From an uncultured bacterium (GTDB taxonomy: Bacteria; Krumholzibacteriota; Krumholzibacteriia; LZORAL124-64-63): a stretch of 64,000 bases of DNA. The notes under the pieces are model-generated. The model had not been told where the DNA came from. It did not search any database and saw nothing but the letters and a program-made list of their open reading frames with translations. The stretch is taken from the NCBI GenBank assembly GCA_903912525.1, contig CAIWHK010000022.1, positions 19,734-83,733 of the forward strand. The letters are read 5' to 3'. Positions within the stretch are counted from its first letter, which is position 1. Every line of letters starts with the position of its first letter. Shown piece after piece: positions 44,557 through 53,311 of this stretch. The translations under genes and the position numbers were made by a program.

Positions 44557-46686
44557 ATGATGCGTCATCTGGTCCCCGGCCCGAACGGCCTGGCCGCCGT
44601 CGCGCTGCTCGCCCTGTGCGCCTGTGCCTTCACCACCCCCGCGCGGGCGAACCCGCTGCTGGAACCGAGCACGCTGCCGCTGGGCGCGCCCGCGTTCGAC
44701 CGCATCCAGGACGCGGATTTCGCGCCGGCGTTCACCGCCGCCATGTCGGCCCACCTGGCGGAAGTCGCGGCCATCGCGAACGACCCCGCCGCTCCCACGT
44801 TCGCCAACACGCTGGTCGCGCTGGAGAAGGCCGGCTGGCAGCTGCGCAGCGTCAACCTGGTCTTCACGGCGCTGGTGGGCGCCAACACGAATGACGCCCT
44901 GCAGGCGGTGCAGCAGGACATCGCCCCGAAGCTGGCGGCGCACCGCGACGCGATCTTCCTGGACGGGAAGCTGTTCGCGCGCGTCGAGGCCGTGTACGCG
45001 CAACGTGAGGGACTGAAGCTGGACGCCGAGGACTAGCGACTGCTGGACTACTACTACCAGCGCTTCGCGCGCGCGGGCGCGCGGCTCGGCGAGGCCGACA
45101 AGGCGAAGCTGAAGGCGATGAACGAGGAAGAGGCGGGCCTGGGCGCCCAGTTCGCGATCAAGGTGCTGGATGCCACCAAGCAGGGCGCCGTCGTCATCGA
45201 CAACGTCTCCGAATTGGCCGGCCTGTCACAGGGTGAGATCGATGCCGCGGCCGTCGCCGCCGAGGGGCGCGGGCTGAAGGGCAAGTGGCTGCTGCCGCTG
45301 CGCAACACCACACAGCAGCCGCAGCTGGCGTCGCTGACCGATCGCGCCACGCGCGAGAAGCTCTTCAAGGCGTCGTGGAACCGCGCGGCGCGGGGAGACG
45401 CGAACGACACGCGGACGCTCATCGCGCAGATCGCGGCGCTGCGCGCGCGCAAGGCCGGCCTGATCGGCTACCCGAGCTTCGCGGCCTGGGCGCTGGACGA
45501 CCAGATGGCGAAGACGCCCGAGGCCGTCGAGGCCTTCCTGGTGAACCTGGCGCCGGCGGCGGTGGCCAACGCCCGCCGCGAGGCCGCCGACATCCAGTCC
45601 CTGATCGACAGCCGGAAGGGCGGCTTCGAGGTGCAGCCCTGGGACTGGGACTTCCACGCCGAGCAGGTGCGGAAGGCGAAGTACGACCTGGACGAGGCCG
45701 CGCTGAAGCCCTACTTCGAGCTGGATCGCGTGCTGGTCGACGGCGTCTTCTATGCCGCCGAACAGCTCTATGGATTGTCCTTCCGCGAGCGGCATGACCT
45801 GCCCACGTGGCAGCCGGACGTGCGCGTGTTCGACGTGCTGGACAGCGACGGCACGCAGATCGCCCTGTTCTACGGCGATTTCTACGCGCGCGACAACAAG
45901 AACGGCGGCGCGTGGATGGACAACCTGGTCGTGCAGGCGAAGCTGCACGGCACCAGGCCCGTCATCTACAACTGCTGCAACTTCGTGAAGCCGGCCGCGG
46001 GCCAGCCCGCGCTGATCAGCCTGGACGACGTCTCGACGATGTTCCACGAGTTCGGCCACGGCCTGCACGGGATCTTCGCCGACCAGAAGTATCCCACGCT
46101 GTCGGGCAGCTACACCGCGCGCGACTTCGTGGAGATGCCGTCGCAGATCAACGAGCATTGGGCCTTCGAGCCGAAGGTGTTCGCGCACTACGCGGTCCAC
46201 TACCAGACCGGCGCGCCGATGCCGCAGGATCTGGTCGACCGCGTCCGCAAGTCGGCGACCTTCAACCAGGGCTACGCGCTGACCGAGCTGCTGGCCGCCG
46301 CACAGCTGGACATGGCCTGGCATGCGCTGCCGGCCGGTTCGGCGGCGCCCGACGCGGACGCCTTCGAGGCGCGCGCCCTCGAGAGGGCCGGACTGGCGGT
46401 GCCGCAGGTGCCGACGCGCTACCGTTCGAGCTACTTCCGCCACATCTGGGGTGACGAGTACGCGGCCGGCTACTATGCCTACCTGTGGGCCGAGATGCTG
46501 GACAACGACGCGTTTGCCTGGTTCGGCGAGAACGGCGGGCTGACGCGTGCGAACGGTGACCGCTTCCGCGCCATGATCCTTTCGCGCGGCAACACGATGG
46601 ACTACGCCGAGATGTACCGCGCGTTCCGCGGCCGCGATCCCGAGATCCGGCCCATGCTTGAACACCGCGGGATCGGAAAGAAGTAG
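44557..46686 (+). pseudogene. dcp: M3-family peptidyl-dipeptidase Dcp interrupted by a single in-frame TAG (45034-45036)
   Basis: Track ORFs 44557-45036 and 45118-46686 are in the same frame. Sequence across the stop (LKLDAED*RLLDYYYQRFARAG) follows the Dcp N-terminal region as recalled from memory. HEFGH zinc motif is downstream. Confidence 0.8.
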
Positions 46687-46708
46687 GCAGCTTCGACCTG
46701 CCGATTTC

Positions 46709-46750
46709 GAGGGTGCGTCGACCACACGTCGGCGCGCCCTCTTTCCTTTC
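46709..46750 (+). terminator. rho-independent terminator after dcp
   Basis: 14-bp stem (two G-U pairs), loop cacac, then TTTCCTTTCC. Confidence 0.7.
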
Positions 46751-46788
46751 CTCCGCCGGCGACGGCATCGGGCCCGATACCCGGGACA

Positions 46789-47790
46789 CTAGTCCCCGGC
46801 GCGGGACGGCGGTTGGGTCGCGACCACGGTGTCGAAGGCAGCGGCTATCGCGGCGGCCCGCATGGTGGTCTCGTCGGCGGGCGTCAGGCCCAGGTGGGCG
46901 CTTGCCGCGGCGTATTCCCCGCGCAGGTCCAGCCCGAACAACGTGCGATCGTCCGTATTGAGTGAGCACGGCACGCCGGCGTCCAGGAACGCCCGCAGCG
47001 GGTGCGCCGACAGCGACGGCAGCGCCCCGGTAGCGACGTTGCTGCGCGGGCACAGCTCGACGAAGACGCGGCGCCGGGCCAGCTCCGCCAGCAGCGCGGG
47101 ATCACCGGCGGCTGCGAGCCCATGGCCGATGCGCGCAGCGCCGCAGGCGTCGATCGCCTGGCGGATGGAATCGCGGGCCGCCTCCCCCATCGACGTGACC
47201 TCGCCCGCATGGATGCTGACGCCCAACCCCGCAGCACGCACAGCCGCAAACAGCGGAGCGAAGGCGGCGGCCGGTCCGGAGACTTCATCACCGCCGAGCC
47301 CGAAGCCGACGACACCCTGCCCGCGGCCGGCGCGCTCGGCGCATTCCCAGGCGCGCCAGGCCGCATCGAGGCCGAACTGACGGACGGCATCGGGCAGCCA
47401 CCGCATGGTGACGCCGTGCTGCTCCTGCGCCTCGCACGCGGCCTCGGCCAGCGCCGCCTGCACCGGCCCCGGGTCGAGCCCGCGCACCATCAGCACGCCG
47501 TACGAGACGGACACTTCCGCATAGGCGACGCCGTCGTCGCGCAGCTGGGCGGCGAGGTCCAGGGCCAGGTCGTGGAAGTCGCGCGGGGTGCGCATCACGC
47601 TGGTGACGCGCTTGTAGAGTTCGAGGAAGCCGTGGAAGCCCGCAAACGCGAACGCCTGCCCGGAGCCGTCCAGGCAGGCGGCGGGGAGTTCCGGCCGCCC
47701 GTGGCGCTCGCTGAGCGCCAGCAGGCGGGCCGGGGTGACCGAGCCCTCGAGATGCGTGTGCAGTTCGATGCGCGCCGGCGTTCCCTTCAT
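46789..47790 (-). CDS. add: adenosine deaminase
   Basis: ELHTHLEGS, SIHAGE, LNTDDR motifs. ATG overlaps the stop of the upstream FG-GAP gene (ATGA). Confidence 0.9.
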   Translation of the reverse strand: MKGTPARIELHTHLEGSVTPARLLALSERHGRPELPAACLDGSGQAFAFAGFHGFLELYKRVTSVMRTPRDFHDLALDLAAQLRDDGVAYAEVSVSYGVLMVRGLDPGPVQAALAEAACEAQEQHGVTMRWLPDAVRQFGLDAAWRAWECAERAGRGQGVVGFGLGGDEVSGPAAAFAPLFAAVRAAGLGVSIHAGEVTSMGEAARDSIRQAIDACGAARIGHGLAAAGDPALLAELARRRVFVELCPRSNVATGALPSLSAHPLRAFLDAGVPCSLNTDDRTLFGLDLRGEYAAASAHLGLTPADETTMRAAAIAAAFDTVVATQPPSRAGD

Positions 47791-49829
47791 CGCACCATCG
47801 TCAGGCGCAGGCTGCGCGTGCCCTCGGACGAGTGCGCGCACAGGAAGTAGACGCCGGTGGCCACCGGGCGGCCCGAGACATCGAGGCCGTCCCACGAAGC
47901 CTGTCCCCAGGCGCCGGTGCCCCGCCCTTCGTACAGGTGGCGCACCAGGCGGCCGCGCACATCGAAGATGTTGACGGCGACCTCGTCACCCGGCAGCGCG
48001 CGGAAGCTGAGCATCGTCGACGTGCTGGCGGGATTCGGGAACGCCCAGACAGCCAGGCCGAACACGGGCCTGCTGCCGGACGGGCCGGCCAGTTCACCCA
48101 GCGGGAGTTCGCGACCATCGGTCGTCGTCGCGGCGACGACGTAGGACACCGCGCCGCCTTCGGGCGCCACCACCGGGCCGGGGTCGAGGTAGCGGTAGGC
48201 GCGGCCGTCGCAGGCCAGGGTGCCCACGTGCGCGTCGCCAGCCACGGACGGGCCGGACCACACGGTGACCTGGTCGCGCAACCTGCCCTGCGCATCGCGG
48301 ACCAGGCGCGTGAGTTCCAGGCGCGCGATGCCGGAGACGGGCTCCGACAGCGCGAAGGTAAGGTCGATCTGTCCGACGCCGGCGCCGGACACCCACTCGG
48401 CGCGCCACGACTGCAGCGCGCCCGCCACCGGACCGGTCGACGAATGGACCAGGCGCACGAAGCCCGACAGGGCGCCGGTGGGCTCGCTGCTGCCGGCAGG
48501 CGCGCCGACCGCGAAGTCCCACTGGCCGTCGCCGTCGAAATCGCCGGCCGAGGCAACACTCGTGCCGTAGAGGTCGCCCGCCTCGGTGCCCGCGCGCAGC
48601 GGGACGTTGGGGAAAATGTCGAGATTGGCCGCCGTGGCCTGCGAAGCCAGGCCGCCGCGGAACACATAGGCGCGACCGGCGTCGGCAGCCGGCGCGTTGG
48701 AACCGGGCGCGCCGATGAGCAGGTCCTCGGCGCCGTCGGTGCCGAGCACGTCGTGCACGCGCGCGAGCGACCAGCCGAAGTGGTCGCCCGCGGCCTCGCC
48801 GTTGGCGTAGCGGTCGCCACCGCTGGTGGGCGACGCGGCGCCGAAGGTGATCTCGACGCGGCCGGCCGCGCTGGCGGCGGCGTTGCTGTAGGGCGCGCCG
48901 ACTGCGAGGTCGTCGGTGGCGTCGGCGTTCCAGCGGCCGACGTTGCGCACCGCGAAGCCGAACTGGCTGGCCGCCGCCGTGGCGCCGCTGCCGGTCTCGA
49001 AATCGGCCACGGTGTTCGGCGCACCGCCGTCGGTGCGGCCGCTGTAGACGTACACGGCGCCGCCGTCCATGCCGCCGTGCGTGTTATTCGAAGGCGCGCC
49101 GACCGCGACGCAATCCTCGGACCCGGCCAGGAAGTTGCCGGCATCCGACACCGACCAGCCGAACAGATCACCGGCGATCTCGCCGGTCAGAACCGTCGCA
49201 TCGGCGAGGTCCGTGCTCGGATCGCCCGCAGCGCCGTAAATGACGTAGGCCGCGCCCGCATTGCCGGCCACGTTGTCGTTCAGGGGCGCGCCGACGATGA
49301 AGTCGGCGCGGTTGTCGCCGTCGAAGTCGCCGGCCGCCGAGACGGACCAGCCGAAGTTGTCGCCGCCGTTCTGCCCCTCGATGATGAGATCCGCCCGCGC
49401 GGCCGCCGTGCCCGAAGTCAGGCTTTCGCCGTAGAAGACGTACACGCGGCCGCGGTCGGTCCCGCTGAGGTCAGCCAGGGGCGCACCCACGGCGAAGTCG
49501 GGTTTGCCGCCGCCGTTGACGTCGCCGATGTTCGCCAGGCTGGCGCCGAAGCGCTCGTCGCCGGCCCCGGTCCAGACGCGGTCGGGCGTTGCCGTGCGCA
49601 GCACCGCGCCAAACCACAGCTGCACCCGGCCGTCGTCCGTCGTCCAGCCCGGCTCGCCGGCCAGGAACTCTCCCCGGCCGTCGGCGTTGATATCCTCAAG
49701 TTCCCGTATTGAAGCGCCGAACTCATCGTTGGCGACCCCGGGGAAATCAGCGGTAGCGCAGAAATAGCTGTCAGCCTGGGCCACCCCGGCCCCGAGGGCG
49801 CCAGCCAGGAATACCGCGACCCTCGCCAT
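47787..49829 (-). CDS. secreted FG-GAP/VCBS-repeat protein with FlgD-Ig/T9SS-type C-terminal domain
   Basis: Signal peptide. Repeated FG.S......D.NGDG..D...GAP units. C-terminus VNIFDVRGRLVRHLY...WDGLD..G.PVATGVYF. Confidence 0.85.
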   Translation of the reverse strand: MARVAVFLAGALGAGVAQADSYFCATADFPGVANDEFGASIRELEDINADGRGEFLAGEPGWTTDDGRVQLWFGAVLRTATPDRVWTGAGDERFGASLANIGDVNGGGKPDFAVGAPLADLSGTDRGRVYVFYGESLTSGTAAARADLIIEGQNGGDNFGWSVSAAGDFDGDNRADFIVGAPLNDNVAGNAGAAYVIYGAAGDPSTDLADATVLTGEIAGDLFGWSVSDAGNFLAGSEDCVAVGAPSNNTHGGMDGGAVYVYSGRTDGGAPNTVADFETGSGATAAASQFGFAVRNVGRWNADATDDLAVGAPYSNAAASAAGRVEITFGAASPTSGGDRYANGEAAGDHFGWSLARVHDVLGTDGAEDLLIGAPGSNAPAADAGRAYVFRGGLASQATAANLDIFPNVPLRAGTEAGDLYGTSVASAGDFDGDGQWDFAVGAPAGSSEPTGALSGFVRLVHSSTGPVAGALQSWRAEWVSGAGVGQIDLTFALSEPVSGIARLELTRLVRDAQGRLRDQVTVWSGPSVAGDAHVGTLACDGRAYRYLDPGPVVAPEGGAVSYVVAATTTDGRELPLGELAGPSGSRPVFGLAVWAFPNPASTSTMLSFRALPGDEVAVNIFDVRGRLVRHLYEGRGTGAWGQASWDGLDVSGRPVATGVYFLCAHSSEGTRSLRLTMVR

Positions 49830-50147
49830 TCCGGCACATCTGTTGCGTTGCTTCGGTCGAAACACGACCAAACCTCCCGAATTCGCGGCCGAACGCCTGC
49901 CCGGGCGACTCAAATGACACAATGGCGGGCGTTTTGCGTCGGCTCGCTGGCGACACCATGATCATACCACGCCGACCGGGTGTGGCGACAGGGACATTGG
50001 GCCGGGCAAACCATGCCCGACAGGCAGAATCACCTTGCCCGCATGGGGGTTTGACGTGCAAATTGGCTTGATTCGGACACGGCCGTACCTGGCCGGCCTC
50101 GTGGAGGACGGATCCTGAGTTTCCTTTTTCAAAAACTGCGCCTGCAG

Positions 50148-51662
50148 ATGCGGCCGGGGCACCCCCGCCCGCACCAGCGGCACCTGCTCGTCGGCGCCAC
50201 CATCATTGGTGGGGCGGCCGCGACGTTCTGGGCGCTGAGCGGGCAGTCGCCCCACGGCGACGTCGTCACGGCCGGCTATGACCTGTCGCAGGTGGTCGAG
50301 AAGACCGTCGAGAAGACCCTCGACAAGTCGATCGACCTGCCCTCCATGCCCGACGTGAACCTGGACCCGGCCAACCTGACCGGCTCCTACGCGCGCCAGG
50401 CCTCGTACACGCCCGGCGCCTACAACCCGGCCTCCACCGGCGCGTCACTGCCCGGCTCCACCGCGCCCGCAGGCGACAACCCGGGGCTGCTGCGGATCGG
50501 CCGCGGGCAGAGCTTCTACGACGCCCTGGCCGCGCGCGGCGCCAACCACGACGACATCCTCGAGCTGGTGCGCGTCTGCAAGCCCTTCCGCAACCTGCGC
50601 TCCGTGCGCAACGGCGAGGTCTTCCGCATCAATGTCGGCCCCGGCGGCCGCCTCCAGTCCCTGGGCTTCGACCTGGACGAAGAGAGCTACGTCACCTGGG
50701 TGCGCGAGGGCAACAGCTACGAGCGCGAGGACGGCACCTACCCCGTCGAGCACCGCTACCGGGGCGTCAGCGGCATCGTCCGCGGTTCGCTCATCGGCAG
50801 CCTCGACCGCGTGGAGGCGCCGACGGCCCTGGCGCCGAAGCTGGCCGACATCCTGGGCTGGGACATCGATTTCCGTCGCGACCTGCGCGAGGGCGACACG
50901 TTCAAGATCCTCTACGAGGAAGTCTGGCGCGAGGGCCGGTTGGTGCGCTCGGGCGCCATCCAGGCCGTGGAATTCACGAGCAAGGGCAAGACGAGCCGCG
51001 CCTACCTGTTCGATGACGGCCACGGCGATGCGGGCTACTTCGACCAGAACGGCGGCAGCCTGCAGAAGGCCCTGCTGCGCGCGCCCCTGCAGTACTCGCG
51101 CATCAGCAGCGACTTTTCGTACCACCGGTTCCACCCGGTGCTGAACCAGATGATGCCGCACCTGGGCATCGACTACGCGGCGCCGCTGGGCACGCCGGTC
51201 AAGGCCGCCGGTGACGGCGTGGTGGTCGAGGCGTCGTCCAGGGGCGGCAACGGCCGCTACGTGCACATCCGCCACGCGAACAAGGAATACGAGACGTACT
51301 ACCTGCACCTGTCGAAGTTCGGCAAGGGCATCCGCGCCGGTACGCGCGTCGCTCAGGGCGAGATCATCGGGTACGTCGGCGCCACCGGTTACGCGACCGG
51401 CCCGCACCTGGACTACCGCATCAAGCAGAACGGCAAGTTCGTCAACCCGCGCACACTGAAGGCCCCGTCGGTCGCCCCGCTGGCCGGCGAGCGCCGCCTG
51501 CGGTATCACGACCACGCCGAGCAGCTGGCGCTCACGCTCAAGACCCTGCCCACGATGCAGTCGGTCGAGGTGCCGACGCTGTACGCCGGCACGCCGCCGG
51601 CACGCATGAACGGCACCTATGCCGCGGCCGACCTGCCGGCGGTGATCCGCGCCGTCGACTGA
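50148..51662 (+). CDS. M23-family metallopeptidase
   Basis: HLGIDYAAP...GYVGATGYATGPHLDY (HxxxD / HxH-type M23 motifs). N-terminal TM anchor. Confidence 0.88.
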   Translation: MRPGHPRPHQRHLLVGATIIGGAAATFWALSGQSPHGDVVTAGYDLSQVVEKTVEKTLDKSIDLPSMPDVNLDPANLTGSYARQASYTPGAYNPASTGASLPGSTAPAGDNPGLLRIGRGQSFYDALAARGANHDDILELVRVCKPFRNLRSVRNGEVFRINVGPGGRLQSLGFDLDEESYVTWVREGNSYEREDGTYPVEHRYRGVSGIVRGSLIGSLDRVEAPTALAPKLADILGWDIDFRRDLREGDTFKILYEEVWREGRLVRSGAIQAVEFTSKGKTSRAYLFDDGHGDAGYFDQNGGSLQKALLRAPLQYSRISSDFSYHRFHPVLNQMMPHLGIDYAAPLGTPVKAAGDGVVVEASSRGGNGRYVHIRHANKEYETYYLHLSKFGKGIRAGTRVAQGEIIGYVGATGYATGPHLDYRIKQNGKFVNPRTLKAPSVAPLAGERRLRYHDHAEQLALTLKTLPTMQSVEVPTLYAGTPPARMNGTYAAADLPAVIRAVD

Positions 51663-51720
51663 TCGCGGCGGCCGGAAGAAGAACCGCCGACGGCCCCATG
51701 GCACCTGCCCGCTACGAAGA

Positions 51721-51751
51721 AGCGCGCCCCACCGGGCGCGCTTCGTTTTCA
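51721..51751 (+). terminator. rho-independent terminator
   Basis: AAGCGCGCCC-cacc-GGGCGCGCTT followed by CGTTTTC. Confidence 0.75.
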
Positions 51752-51772
51752 ACCCGCTGTCCACCGGCGCCC

Positions 51773-53311
51773 CTACGGCCGCGGCGTCCCCACAAGCCCG
51801 GCCAGGTTGCGCACGCTCACCGGCAGCGCATCGCCGATGCCGACGAGCCGACCGGTCGACGGTGACCACATGGCGACCGTGGCGCCCGCGACCGGCTCGC
51901 GCAGCCAACCCAGTTCGCAGGTCTCGGCAGGACCGCCGGCGCCACGATTCAGGGTCACGCGCACGCGGCCGTCGTCGCGCAGCGGATCCGGTGACGTGCA
52001 CGGCGACAACACGGCGATCAGCGGCTGCCGGTCGAGATTGACCACAAGGTCGCGGGTCAGCCCGTTGCGGGTCGCCTCGGTGCCCTTCCAGTCGGCCTGC
52101 ACAGGCGCGTCGGTCATCCAGGCGGCCCGGCCGTCGCTGGCCCCGACCTCGCCGCGCCGCGAACCGCGCAGCACGACACGGCCCTCGTAGGCGATCTCCA
52201 GGGCATCGGCGGTCATGGCGGTGAACGGCAGCGCGCCGACGTCCACCAGCGCCGCCACCGGCATCTCCAGCGTCCGGATAGCTTCGCGGTCGGCGACGAT
52301 GACGTTGCCCCGCCGCAGCACGGGCACGTTCTGGTCGTCCAAGGGCGGACCGAAGGCAAGCACAGGCGCCGCGCCGGCGTCACCGGTAGCGCCGGCCAGG
52401 GTGGGTCGGAGGTTCGCGCCGGCCAGGGTCACGCGCCGCCAGGGCGAGTCCAGGCCCCAGGCCGCCGAAAGCTCTGCCGTGCGTTCGGTCGGCGCGAGGT
52501 CGCGGACCAGGACTTCGGTCAGCTCGTAGACCAGCGTCGCGACGGCGCTGGACGAGGCCTGCAGCCACAGCCCTTCGGCATCGCGCTGCTGGCGGTCGGC
52601 ATACTGCGCCTGGTAACGGGCGGCCAGGTCCCCGAAGGCGACGGCGCCGTTCGAAGCCAGCAGCCACCATCGGCCGTCGCGGCGCGCCAGGACGTACGGG
52701 CCGCCATCGCGCTCGATCGTGATGCGTTCGAGGTTCGCCGCCTCGACGGCCGGCACCAACGTGCGCCCGCGCACGAGATCCGGCAGCGCAGCCAGCCGGT
52801 CGCGCAGCGCGGCCTTGACCGTGAAGCAGAAGTCGCGCCCGGCGCCGCTCGCGTAGCGGGTGCCGGTCACCGGATTGACGATGCCCAGGTCGAGTTCCTC
52901 GCTGCTGCCGTCGGTCCGGTGCACGACCAGGTGCAGCGCCTCGGCCCCGTTGAACTCGTAGCGCCGGTCGCCCGGCTCGGTGCCCGGCAGCACGGGCCCG
53001 GCCTTGGCGGCCGCCAGCGTGTCGAGCAGCGCCGCCATCGCCCGGGAATCGACATCGTCGGCGACGTCGCCGCCGAGCGTCCAGCCGCCGGCCGGCAGGC
53101 GATCGAGGCGGAACTGCCGCCCCATCCGCGCGAACAGCAGCGCATCGACCGGCGCGGACCCGGGCTTCAGCAGCGGCCCGCCCAGGGTCGCATCGCCGAC
53201 GGAACGATTCGCGCGCGTCGAGAACAGGAAGGCGCCGGCGGCTACGGCGACGACCAGCAGCGCCAGGGTAGCCCACGTGCCGTTCCCCGGCCGGTAGCGC
53301 TTCGTCTTCAT
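51773..53311 (-). CDS. DUF4340-like membrane-anchored protein, partner of the GldG-type ABC system
   Basis: N-terminal TM anchor, repetitive beta-rich body, position downstream of the GldG-like gene. ATG overlaps the upstream stop (ATGA). Confidence 0.5.
   Translation of the reverse strand: MKTKRYRPGNGTWATLALLVVAVAAGAFLFSTRANRSVGDATLGGPLLKPGSAPVDALLFARMGRQFRLDRLPAGGWTLGGDVADDVDSRAMAALLDTLAAAKAGPVLPGTEPGDRRYEFNGAEALHLVVHRTDGSSEELDLGIVNPVTGTRYASGAGRDFCFTVKAALRDRLAALPDLVRGRTLVPAVEAANLERITIERDGGPYVLARRDGRWWLLASNGAVAFGDLAARYQAQYADRQQRDAEGLWLQASSSAVATLVYELTEVLVRDLAPTERTAELSAAWGLDSPWRRVTLAGANLRPTLAGATGDAGAAPVLAFGPPLDDQNVPVLRRGNVIVADREAIRTLEMPVAALVDVGALPFTAMTADALEIAYEGRVVLRGSRRGEVGASDGRAAWMTDAPVQADWKGTEATRNGLTRDLVVNLDRQPLIAVLSPCTSPDPLRDDGRVRVTLNRGAGGPAETCELGWLREPVAGATVAMWSPSTGRLVGIGDALPVSVRNLAGLVGTPRP

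Noticed and set aside
45034-45036. Genome-wide reassignment of TAG (or pyrrolysine) as the explanation for the dcp stop
   Set aside because: TAG is the apparent genuine stop of several well-delimited genes here (cheV, the zinc-ribbon gene at 12275, the decahaem cytochrome, metG, sulfatase-like, apbC, fabH, rplQ). No pyl genes are seen in the window.
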